Positions 1 through 8,208 of a stretch of 51,623 bases of DNA are shown here, piece after piece. The stretch is from contig CAMSMU010000002.1 of the NCBI GenBank assembly GCA_947061115.1, positions 1 to 51,623 of the forward strand, read 5' to 3'. Origin of the DNA: an uncultured Clostridium sp. (GTDB taxonomy: Bacteria > Bacillota > Clostridia > TANB77 > CAG-508). Within the stretch, counting starts at the first letter, position 1. Every line of letters begins with the position of its first letter. The translations under genes and the position numbers were made by a program. Under the pieces are notes generated by a model that saw only the letters and a list, made by a program, of their open reading frames with translations, searched no databases and was not told where the DNA came from.

Positions 1-494
1 GCATAATTTTAGGTATGATTTTATTTGGTACAAGTTACATAGGGGTATTAATATCTAAGAAATATGCAAACAGAGTAAGAGACTTAAAAGAAATGAGAAA
101 AGGATTTAATTTTTTTGAAGAAAAAATTAAATTTACTTATGAGCCTATTCCAGATGTATTTGAAGAGATATCTAAAAAATTAAAATTAAATATAGGAAGT
201 ATTTTTTATGAAGCTTCTAAAAAGATGGAAAATATATCAGCAGGAGAGGCATGGGAAGATGCAATAAATAATTCAAATACAAGTTTCTTAAAAGAAGATA
301 TAGATGTTATAAAAGGTTTGGCTAAAATGTTAGGAAGAACAGACATAGATGGACAAGTTAGCGAGATAAGATTAACTAATAAATTTTTAGAAGTACAAAT
401 AAATGATGCAGAAAAAGAAAAAGCAAAAAATGAAAAATTATATAAAACACTTGGTGCTACAGTAGGCCTTGCATTAGTAATAATATTGATATAA
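1..494 (+). CDS. spoIIIAB: Stage III sporulation protein AB. The frame is open to the window edge; the first in-window ATG is at 15.
   Basis: 159-aa ORF with terminal TM helices. The C-terminal KNEKLYKTLG resembles B. subtilis SpoIIIAB KNEKMIKSLG. It is first in a colinear spoIIIAB-AH series. Confidence 0.85.
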   Translation, partial: IILGMILFGTSYIGVLISKKYANRVRDLKEMRKGFNFFEEKIKFTYEPIPDVFEEISKKLKLNIGSIFYEASKKMENISAGEAWEDAINNSNTSFLKEDIDVIKGLAKMLGRTDIDGQVSEIRLTNKFLEVQINDAEKEKAKNEKLYKTLGATVGLALVIILI

Positions 495-506
495 AGGAGA
501 AAATTT

Positions 507-701
507 ATGAATATAGATTTATTATTTAAAATTGCTGCAATAGGAATATTAGTAGCAGTATTATATCAAGTATTAGTAAGAGCTGGTAGGGAAGATCAAG
601 CTATGATGACAACATTAGCAGGTCTAATAATAGTTCTTACTATGGTAATAAAAGAAGTGAGTTCCTTATTTTCTACAGTTAGGACAATGTTTAATTTATA
701 A
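507..701 (+). CDS. spoIIIAC: Stage III sporulation protein AC
   Basis: 64-aa two-TM protein with an AGREDQAMMTTLAG core typical of SpoIIIAC. SD AAGGAGA lies upstream. Operon position fits. Confidence 0.9.
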   Translation: MNIDLLFKIAAIGILVAVLYQVLVRAGREDQAMMTTLAGLIIVLTMVIKEVSSLFSTVRTMFNL

Positions 702-727
702 GCTTTATAGGAAGGAACAAAAGAAAA

Positions 728-1114
728 ATGGATATAATAAAAATTATTGGTATAGCTTTTATAGCCATAATTATAATAGTTATTTTAAAGCAATATAGGC
801 CTGAATTTGCAATATATGCATCAATACTTGCAGGTGTACTAATATTAGCATTAGTATCAGACACTTTGTCAAGTATAGTAGATATGATAAAAAGTATAGC
901 TAACAAAACTAACATTAATAATAATTTTTTAATAATACTTATAAAAATAACAGGTATAGCAATACTTACAGAATTTGCAGTAAGTATATGTAAAGATTCA
1001 GGAGAAAGTGCAATTGCAAGTAAAGTAGATGTTGGAGGAAAAATTTTAATAATATCGTTATCTATTCCAATTATAAGTGCATTAGTTGATACAGTTGTAA
1101 AAATATTACCTTAA
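728..1114 (+). CDS. spoIIIAD: Stage III sporulation protein AD
   Basis: 128-aa polytopic membrane protein with a CKDSGESAIASKVDVGGK motif as in the SpoIIIAD family. Operon position fits. Confidence 0.9.
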   Translation: MDIIKIIGIAFIAIIIIVILKQYRPEFAIYASILAGVLILALVSDTLSSIVDMIKSIANKTNINNNFLIILIKITGIAILTEFAVSICKDSGESAIASKVDVGGKILIISLSIPIISALVDTVVKILP

Positions 1115-1143
1115 CATAAAATACTATATTAGAAAGGACAAGC

Positions 1144-2298
1144 ATGAAAAAGTATTGGATTTTTCTTTTAGTTGCACTAATTACATATTCTATTTCTCCT
1201 ACAGTAAAAGGAGTAAATGATTCAGAAAGCTTAGTATCATCACAAGTAGATTCATTGGGAATATCATCATTTTTATCAGATACTAAGAAATATACAGAAG
1301 AAGCATTTGGAGACTTAGATTTAAACAATGTATTTACGGATGCAATAAGTGGAAATTTAGATAATTCTAAAATAATAAATATTATATTAAAACTTTTAGG
1401 AAAAAATATATCTACGGCATTAAAAACAGTTACAAGTGTAATTATTATTGTAATTATACATAGTGTATTAAAATCAATTAGTGAAAACTTAGGAAACGAA
1501 AATGTTTCAAAAATAGCCTATTACATAGAATATATATTAATTGTTACATTAATAATGGCAAACTTTTCTAGTATCATTTCAGAAATGAAAACATCACTTC
1601 AAAATTTAACTGGATTTGCCAACTCATTAATACCACTTATGATGACACTCATGATAACCACAGGTAATGTAGTATCTTCTAGTATGATACAACCAATTTT
1701 ACTTTTATTAATTACATTTATAAGCAATTTTGTAACTAATATACTAATACCAATAATATTAGTCTCAACAGCATTAGGCATAATTTCAAAAATATCAGAA
1801 CAAGTACAAGTAGGAAAGCTTTCTAAATTTTTAAGTTCTAGTATGGTATGGGTATTAGGTACTATTTTCACATTATTTGTAAGTGTTACTTCATTAGAGG
1901 GAACATTAACTGCAAGTGTAGATGGTGTAACAGCAAAAGCAGCAAAAACAGCAGTATCATCAGTAGTACCAGTAATAGGAAGTATTTTAGGAGATGCTGT
2001 AAATACAATTATGGGATGTAGCAATATAATAAAAAATGCTGTAGGAGTAGTAGGAATTATAGTAATAATATCAATTTGCATAAAACCAATTTTAGAACTG
2101 GCTATTCTTACAATAACATATTATTTAGGAGCAGCACTATGTGAGCCAATAGCAGATAAGAAAATAGTAGGAGTAATGGAACAAATGGGAGGAACATTTA
2201 AAATATTTTTAGCAGTTATGTTTGGAATAACAGCATTATTAATCATAGGTATAGCAATTGTAATGAAAATATCTAATAGTGGACTTATGTACAACTAG
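1144..2298 (+). CDS. spoIIIAE: Stage III sporulation protein AE
   Basis: 384 aa with a signal peptide and many TM helices. Size and position match SpoIIIAE. Confidence 0.88.
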   Translation: MKKYWIFLLVALITYSISPTVKGVNDSESLVSSQVDSLGISSFLSDTKKYTEEAFGDLDLNNVFTDAISGNLDNSKIINIILKLLGKNISTALKTVTSVIIIVIIHSVLKSISENLGNENVSKIAYYIEYILIVTLIMANFSSIISEMKTSLQNLTGFANSLIPLMMTLMITTGNVVSSSMIQPILLLLITFISNFVTNILIPIILVSTALGIISKISEQVQVGKLSKFLSSSMVWVLGTIFTLFVSVTSLEGTLTASVDGVTAKAAKTAVSSVVPVIGSILGDAVNTIMGCSNIIKNAVGVVGIIVIISICIKPILELAILTITYYLGAALCEPIADKKIVGVMEQMGGTFKIFLAVMFGITALLIIGIAIVMKISNSGLMYN

Positions 2299-2312
2299 AG
2301 AGGAGAAAAAGA

Positions 2313-2870
2313 ATGATTTCTTTTATTAGTTCATGGGCACAGCAAATAATATTTGCAGTAATAATTGGTGTAATAATACAAATGCTCATTCCAGAAGGTA
2401 AAAACAAAAAATATATTAAAGTTGTGATTGGAATATATGTACTTTTTACAGTAATAAGTCCAGTAGTTGGAAAAAATATAGATATAGACTTAAGTAAATA
2501 CAATATAGATATAAATAAAAATACAAATAAAGTTGAAACAAATACTCAAGAGAATATCAATGAAATATATGTTAGTAACTTAAAACAAGATATTACAGTA
2601 AAATTAAAAAATAGAGGATATGAATGTACATTAGTAGAATTAAAGACAAATGAAAATTATGAGGTAGAAAATATAAAAGTAAGTAATGTTTATAAAATCG
2701 AAGAAGATGATGATGCAGTAAATAAAATAGTAATAAATGAAATACAAATTGGCAGTGATTCTACAAAAAAACAAAAAGAAAAGGATATATCTAATAATGA
2801 AAAAATTGAACTCAAGAAATATTTAAGTGAAACATACGATGTTAAAGAAACAAACATAAGCATAAATTAA
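2313..2870 (+). CDS. spoIIIAF: Stage III sporulation protein AF
   Basis: 185 aa. The N-terminus MISFISSWAQQIIFAVIIGVIIQMLIP parallels B. subtilis SpoIIIAF MSFLTEWLTTIVLFILFAIVIDMLLP. Two TM helices. Confidence 0.82.
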   Translation: MISFISSWAQQIIFAVIIGVIIQMLIPEGKNKKYIKVVIGIYVLFTVISPVVGKNIDIDLSKYNIDINKNTNKVETNTQENINEIYVSNLKQDITVKLKNRGYECTLVELKTNENYEVENIKVSNVYKIEEDDDAVNKIVINEIQIGSDSTKKQKEKDISNNEKIELKKYLSETYDVKETNISIN

Positions 2871-2902
2871 GTGAAAATATCACTTAAAGAAAAGAGGTAA
2901 AG

Positions 2903-3508
2903 ATGTTTATAGAGAAATTAAAAAAGATGTTTTCTAAGGAAGATGGAAATAACAAAAAGAAAATAGAAAATATAGTAGTATTTGTAATAATTTTAATAGT
3001 AACTATAGTTGCCATTAATTATATATGGAATGGTAATAAAACAGAAAAGAAAGAGTCGGTACCAAAATCAGATGCAGTAACAAATGAAACAATACAAGTT
3101 GCAAATCAGACAACTTCAGATGAAACAGAAAATAAATTAGCCAATATATTATCAAATATAGAAGGAGTTGGAAAAGTAAAAGTAATGCTTACATATTCTG
3201 AAACAAGTAAATATATGCCTATATATAATGAAAATACGAAAGGAAGCAATACGACAGAAACAGACAACACTGGTGGAAGTAGAACAATATCAGAAGAGGA
3301 TAGCCAAAGAGAAGTTATATATAAAGAAGACAGTAGTGGAAATAAAGAACCAGTAACACAAAGCATTATAAGTCCAAAAATAGAAGGAGCAATAATAACA
3401 GCACAAGGTGCAGATAGTAGTGAAATAAGAGCAAGTATAATTCAAGCAGTAGAAGCAGCAACAGGTCTTGCTACACATAAAATACAAGTTTTTAAAATGA
3501 GTAATTAA
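2903..3508 (+). CDS. spoIIIAG: Stage III sporulation protein AG
   Basis: 201 aa with an N-terminal TM helix. The C-terminal ring-building-type domain (SPKIEGAIITAQGADSSEIRASIIQAVEAATGL) resembles SpoIIIAG. Confidence 0.85.
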   Translation: MFIEKLKKMFSKEDGNNKKKIENIVVFVIILIVTIVAINYIWNGNKTEKKESVPKSDAVTNETIQVANQTTSDETENKLANILSNIEGVGKVKVMLTYSETSKYMPIYNENTKGSNTTETDNTGGSRTISEEDSQREVIYKEDSSGNKEPVTQSIISPKIEGAIITAQGADSSEIRASIIQAVEAATGLATHKIQVFKMSN

Positions 3509-3528
3509 TAAGAAAGGAAAGAGATTTT

Positions 3529-4239
3529 ATGAAAATGAAATTTGAAAATAAGTTAAAAGAAATTGGAATTGGAAAGATAATAAAAAAGAACCAAGTGGTA
3601 ATACTTACTTTAGCACTTATGCTTATGACAGCAGGATACATGAATTATACTAATAATCAAGAAAATGAAAATACATTACTTGCACAATTGGGAGATGCAC
3701 AATTAGTAAGTACAAATATAATAGAAAATGAACAAACAAATAATGAAGTAATAAATGAAGAAGAGAATCAAATAGAGGAAAAAGAAGATGAAAATCAGAT
3801 AGAAGAAATAAATAATACTTCTGAAAATGAAATAACAGAAAGTAGTAATATAGCAGATAATACAATACAAGAAACAAGTAGCAACATAAAGGATGATTAT
3901 TTTACAAAATCAAAATTAGAAAGAGATTCTATGTATTCACAAATGTTAGAAACATATAAAGGAATTTTAGAAAATGAAAAAATAGCATCAGAACAAAAAG
4001 GAATTGCAGAAAACGAAATAAAAAATATTAATGATAAGAAAAGTGCAATTATGATAGTAGAAAATTTATTACAAACAAAGGGATTTGCAAATTCAGTAGT
4101 ATTTATAAATGATCCAAGCATAAATGTAATAATAAAGGGAAAAGAACTTGCAGCAGAGCAAGTTGCACAAATACAAAATATAGTTCAAAGAGAATTAAAA
4201 ACAGAAATAGAAAATGTACATATAACAACAAAAGAATAG
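3529..4239 (+). CDS. spoIIIAH: Stage III sporulation protein AH
   Basis: 236 aa: N-terminal TM helix, acidic low-complexity linker, then a C-terminal YscJ/FliF-like domain. Last gene of the spoIIIA series. Confidence 0.8.
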   Translation: MKMKFENKLKEIGIGKIIKKNQVVILTLALMLMTAGYMNYTNNQENENTLLAQLGDAQLVSTNIIENEQTNNEVINEEENQIEEKEDENQIEEINNTSENEITESSNIADNTIQETSSNIKDDYFTKSKLERDSMYSQMLETYKGILENEKIASEQKGIAENEIKNINDKKSAIMIVENLLQTKGFANSVVFINDPSINVIIKGKELAAEQVAQIQNIVQRELKTEIENVHITTKE

Positions 4240-4400
4240 AAAAAATGATAAAGATATGAGGATACTATTAATTCCCACAAGATATAAAACCGTTTGTAGA
4301 AAAATAAAATCGTTATATATATTTGAAATATCCCAAAAAATGTGGTAAAATAAAGAAAGATGAAGAAAAAATAGCAACAATTTTAAAATTGGGAGTACAA

Positions 4401-6371
4401 ATGGAAGCAGTAAAAAATGATACAACAAATGAAAAAAATATAAGAAATAAAAGTAAAGGTAGAAGATTTAAAGAAAAAGAACCTAATAAAATAATGAAAT
4501 TTTTACCAAATAATTTATTATTTATATTTGGAATAATTTTATTATTATACAAATCTTTTTTCATAAGCAATAGTTTAGAACTTGAATTTAGTAAAGATGT
4601 TATTTTATATACAATATTAGCATCTATGCTTATAATGTGCCCAATAATTAATAAGAAAAATAAATTTGCTTACATTTATTTTACTGTTACATATATAATA
4701 GTAAATGTTATAGTTTATGCAGATTTTTTATATTATAACTATTCAAAGAATTTTCTATCAATGTATCAGATAGAAAATTTTAGATATGCAAAAGAAATAG
4801 GAGAAGGATTAGTAAGTATTGTTAATATAGATGATATATTAATATTTATAACTGATAATCTATTAATAATATTATTAAGTTTACTATTATACAAAAATTT
4901 TAAAAAGACAGTATATAAAAATAGTATTTTAAAAGCTGTATTGATATCAATAATTATTTTATCTAATATATTTGTTGTAAAAGAAAAAGTAAATAATATT
5001 TATGAAGATAAAATATATAATAAGTCACTAATAGTTCAAAACAGTTCGATTTATTATTATCATTATGAAGATGCTAAAGACTATTTAATTAGTTTATTTG
5101 TCAAAGAAGATGTAGATAATGAAAAATTAAAAAGTATTTATGAAGAAAATATAAATGAAAAAATATTGGAGACAGATTATACAGGAATAGCAAAAGATAA
5201 TAATGTTATTATTCTACAATTAGAAAGCTTAAATGAATATATTATAGGAAAGAAAGTTAATGGAAAAGAAATAACACCAAATTTAAATAAGTTTTTTGGT
5301 GAAAATATTTATTGCAGTGAAATGTATAATCAAGGTTTAGGAACTACAGCAGATTCAGAATTTGAAATGGAAAATTCAATGTATCCATTAGAAAATGGAT
5401 ATGTATTTCAAAAGTATTATAACAATAAATGGTTAGATATATATACTACATTAAGAGAAAATGAGTATTATACTTCATTCATGCATCCTAATAACAGTTC
5501 ATTTTGGAATAGAGGAGAAGTTTATAAAAAAGGATATAAAATAGATGAATATAATGATATTAATTCTTTTCCTAATATAGAAAATGCAGGGGAATTTTAT
5601 TCAGATGAAGGATTTTTCGAACAGGCAGTAGATAAAATAAATTCATATGAAGGAAAGTTCTGCACAACATTAGTAAGTATAACAACACATATACCATTTG
5701 AATTAACAGGTATTTCTGATTTAGAAAATAAATTAACATTAAATCATAATGATGTTACAGAATATGAAAATGAATATTTTAAAAATTATTTAATATCATG
5801 CAATTTTGTAGATTATGCATTCAGAAAATTTTTAAATAAATTAGAAGATACAGGACTAATGGAAAATACAATTTTAGTTGTATATGGAGACCATGGATCA
5901 GGACTTAATACTATTGAAGATATAACAAAACTATATAATGACAATAATTTAGAATTTACAGAATTTGAATATCATACAATAGATACACATATACCTTTTG
6001 GAATAAAAGTACCAGGAATAACTGAAAGTAAAAAAATAAATGAAGCAGTATCAAAAATTGATATAAAACCAACAATATTAGATTTATTAGGGATAAAAGA
6101 TGAATTTTCAATAGGAAGTAGCATATTTACAGGAAAGGATTATTCTTTTATAAAAGGATTAGGGTATGTCACAAGTAAAAACTATTGTATTAATGATAAA
6201 TATTATGACAAAATTACATTACAAGAGATAGACGAAAATGAAGATATTAAAAAAATGCAACATAAAATGGAGAGAGAAATTTATTTATCAGATACAATAA
6301 TAAAAAATGATCTAATTAGAAATAAAAGTAATTGCCAAGAGGGATGTAGCAATTGGGCAATTTCAAGGTAA
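4401..6371 (+). CDS. LTA-synthase (LtaS)/sulfatase-family membrane phosphotransferase
   Basis: N-terminal multi-TM region plus an extracellular sulfatase fold (ILQLESLNEY, ITPNLNKF, VVYGDHGSG). I start it at ATG 4401 (SD GGGAG 6 nt upstream) rather than the track's TTG at 4323. Confidence 0.8.
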   Translation: MEAVKNDTTNEKNIRNKSKGRRFKEKEPNKIMKFLPNNLLFIFGIILLLYKSFFISNSLELEFSKDVILYTILASMLIMCPIINKKNKFAYIYFTVTYIIVNVIVYADFLYYNYSKNFLSMYQIENFRYAKEIGEGLVSIVNIDDILIFITDNLLIILLSLLLYKNFKKTVYKNSILKAVLISIIILSNIFVVKEKVNNIYEDKIYNKSLIVQNSSIYYYHYEDAKDYLISLFVKEDVDNEKLKSIYEENINEKILETDYTGIAKDNNVIILQLESLNEYIIGKKVNGKEITPNLNKFFGENIYCSEMYNQGLGTTADSEFEMENSMYPLENGYVFQKYYNNKWLDIYTTLRENEYYTSFMHPNNSSFWNRGEVYKKGYKIDEYNDINSFPNIENAGEFYSDEGFFEQAVDKINSYEGKFCTTLVSITTHIPFELTGISDLENKLTLNHNDVTEYENEYFKNYLISCNFVDYAFRKFLNKLEDTGLMENTILVVYGDHGSGLNTIEDITKLYNDNNLEFTEFEYHTIDTHIPFGIKVPGITESKKINEAVSKIDIKPTILDLLGIKDEFSIGSSIFTGKDYSFIKGLGYVTSKNYCINDKYYDKITLQEIDENEDIKKMQHKMEREIYLSDTIIKNDLIRNKSNCQEGCSNWAISR

Positions 6372-6392
6372 AGGTATTTTTAGGCAAAAGTG

Positions 6393-6421
6393 TAGTAAAA
6401 ACAAAAATCATATGATACAAT
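6393..6421 (+). promoter_or_regulatory. Extended -10 promoter (TAGTAA -17 nt- TGaTACAAT) of small ORF A
   Basis: TG at 6413-6414 and TACAAT at 6416-6421. The paralogous promoter at 40372-40400 has the same geometry. Confidence 0.4.
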
Positions 6422-6450
6422 TAATAAAAACAAGAAAAAAGGAAAAACAA

Positions 6451-6501
6451 ATGAAAAACGTGAAAACACTTGATCCTGTATATATATATTGTAAGGTTTA
6501 A
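6451..6501 (+). CDS. Candidate 16-codon small ORF A (MKNVKTLDPVYIYCKV) containing a (TA)5 tract
   Basis: AGGAAA SD-like element about 7 nt upstream, own promoter and downstream terminator. Paralog at 40431-40484. Confidence 0.3.
   Translation: MKNVKTLDPVYIYCKV
6479..6489. repeat. (TA)5T microsatellite inside small ORF A
   Basis: Direct read: tatatatatat. Confidence 0.95.
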
Positions 6502-6527
6502 CAAAATAAAATTATGTAAACACAGAA

Positions 6528-6568
6528 GACTATGTCTTTTTAGAAAAGTCTAAAAGCATAGTTTTTTT
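6528..6568 (+). terminator. Intrinsic terminator after small ORF A
   Basis: Long imperfect hairpin (gactatg...catagt outer stem, ctttt(t)ag/ctaaaag inner stem) followed by T7. Confidence 0.5.
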
Positions 6569-7017
6569 GTGTGCGTGGGATAGTGGGATGGTTCCTTTTT
6601 CCAAAAAAAGGGTGTAGAAGAGACTATTAGTTGCCTGATGAAAAACATAATATTAAACAAAAGAATAATAAATTCAATAATAGAAATAATAATAAAAACA
6701 AAAATATGTGTAGACCTAAGTTCTAGTAACGACTAATAATAAGGTAGTAGATAAAAAAAGCATAAACAAATAGATATTGGAAGTAAATTTTGTAGTAATA
6801 AAATATGTAGTACTGTATCACTAACGTGGTACAGATATTTGCGTTTTAAAAAATTTAACATATATTACCAAAAATTATAACAGTATTAAAATATTAGATA
6901 GAATAATATAATAAATTTTTAATTTATTTAAACTGCGAAAAATGTTGACTTTTGCATTTTAGTGTTATATAACTTATAAAGAGATAAAAGGCATAAAATA
7001 AATGAAAGGAAGTAAAA

Positions 7018-8169
7018 ATGAAAATACTTTCAATTGATACATCTTCTAATATATGTACAATTGCAGTATTAGAAGATAATAAAATTTTAAAAGAAGTTCA
7101 TAATAGAAGTGAAAGAGAACATTCGGAAACTCTTATGCCAATGATAGATGAATTATTGGAATCATTAAATTTAAGATTAGATGATATGAATTTAATAGCT
7201 TGCACAAGGGGCCCAGGCTCATTCACAGGTATTAGAATAGGGATAGCTACAGTCAAAGCATTTGCAGATGCAAAAAATATTCCTATAATAGGGATAAATT
7301 CTTTAGAAGCATTAGCATATACTGGAATTATACAACGAGGAGATGGAGAGTATGTTTCAGTTATAGATGCTAAAAATGATAATGTTTATTTTGCAATTTA
7401 CAAATATAAAAATAAAAAATTTTCAATATATAAAAGTCCAGAAGCAATAAGTTATACAGAAATAACAAAATATATAGATAATTTAAAATTGCCAGTATAT
7501 TTTGTAGGAGATGTAAATGCAGAAAAGATAGAACCACTATATTTAGCACGAATATCAGCATATAAAGCTAATAGCGAAGAAATATGTAAACATGAATACT
7601 TAGAAAAAAATAACAGTTTAGCTGTTGGTGCAGCATTTGCAGCAATAGATAAATATAATATTGGAATATGTGAAAATGTAAATAACCTTTCTCCAATGTA
7701 TCTTAGAAATCCACAAGCACAAAGACAGTTAGAAAATTCATCAGATGATATAGCAATATTAGAAATGGGATACTTAGATTTAGAAAGAATAAAATTAAAT
7801 TATGGAGAATTTCCTAATTTATGGAAATATAATGTATTAGAAGAAGATTATAGAAATTCAAAATATTTTATCATAAAACAAAATGAGGAAATATATGGAT
7901 TCATTGGTATAAGAATAGTATTTGAAGAAATGGAAATAATTAATATTGTTACAAGAAAAGATAAAAGAAATCAAGGATTAGCATCTTCTCTTTTAAGTTA
8001 TATTATAAGATATGCCAATATAAATAATTTGGAAAGAATAAATTTAGAAGTAAATGTAAACAATATAAATGCAATAAAATTATATAAAAGTTTTGGTTTT
8101 GAAATAGTAGGCAAAAGAGAAAAATATTATAATGGCGAAGACGCTTTACTTATGACAGCATACATATAA
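7018..8169 (+). CDS. tsaB: Fused TsaB (t6A tRNA modification, YeaZ family) and RimI-type GNAT acetyltransferase
   Basis: The N-terminal half has ILSIDTSS and GPGSFTGIRIGIATVKAFA (TsaB). The C-terminal 150 aa has RNQGLASSLL...AIKLYKSFGFEIVGKREKYY (GNAT/RimI). Confidence 0.85.
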   Translation: MKILSIDTSSNICTIAVLEDNKILKEVHNRSEREHSETLMPMIDELLESLNLRLDDMNLIACTRGPGSFTGIRIGIATVKAFADAKNIPIIGINSLEALAYTGIIQRGDGEYVSVIDAKNDNVYFAIYKYKNKKFSIYKSPEAISYTEITKYIDNLKLPVYFVGDVNAEKIEPLYLARISAYKANSEEICKHEYLEKNNSLAVGAAFAAIDKYNIGICENVNNLSPMYLRNPQAQRQLENSSDDIAILEMGYLDLERIKLNYGEFPNLWKYNVLEEDYRNSKYFIIKQNEEIYGFIGIRIVFEEMEIINIVTRKDKRNQGLASSLLSYIIRYANINNLERINLEVNVNNINAIKLYKSFGFEIVGKREKYYNGEDALLMTAYI

Positions 8170-8208
8170 AAATAATTTAAATAAAACACATGAGAAAGGA
8201 AAAATAAA

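Noticed and set aside
691-915. Minus-strand and alternate-frame track ORFs embedded in well-supported genes. Examples are 691-915, 1071-1328, 1599-2081, 3106-3366, 10687-11088, 13656-14153, 15064-15429, 19840-20298, 26320-26658, 32320-32682, 37421-37762 and 46515-46946. Plus-strand examples are 18729-18917, 33665-33865 and 45654-45836.
   Set aside because: Their translations are low-complexity (Ile/Leu/Phe/Ser/Lys-rich) and have no SD or promoter. All lie opposite or inside genes with strong family motifs. This is the expected by-product of stop-poor antisense frames in AT-rich coding DNA.
4323-4400. N-terminal extensions in the ORF track: 4323, 12567, 14801, 28572, 43020, 50903, and GTG 31376.
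   Set aside because: In each case a downstream in-frame start has a properly spaced Shine-Dalgarno, and the protein family begins there. The extended starts lack an SD or overlap the SD itself.
6575-6625. The G-rich patches as G-quadruplex-forming sequences.
   Set aside because: Each patch has only two or three short G-runs with irregular spacing. That is not enough for a confident four-tract quadruplex.
6638-6736. A third ORF starting with MKN (MKNIILNKRIINS..., 32 codons) as another small-ORF paralog.
   Set aside because: It has no SD or promoter. The similarity is limited to ATGAAAAAC plus AT-rich codons, so it may be chance or a decayed copy.
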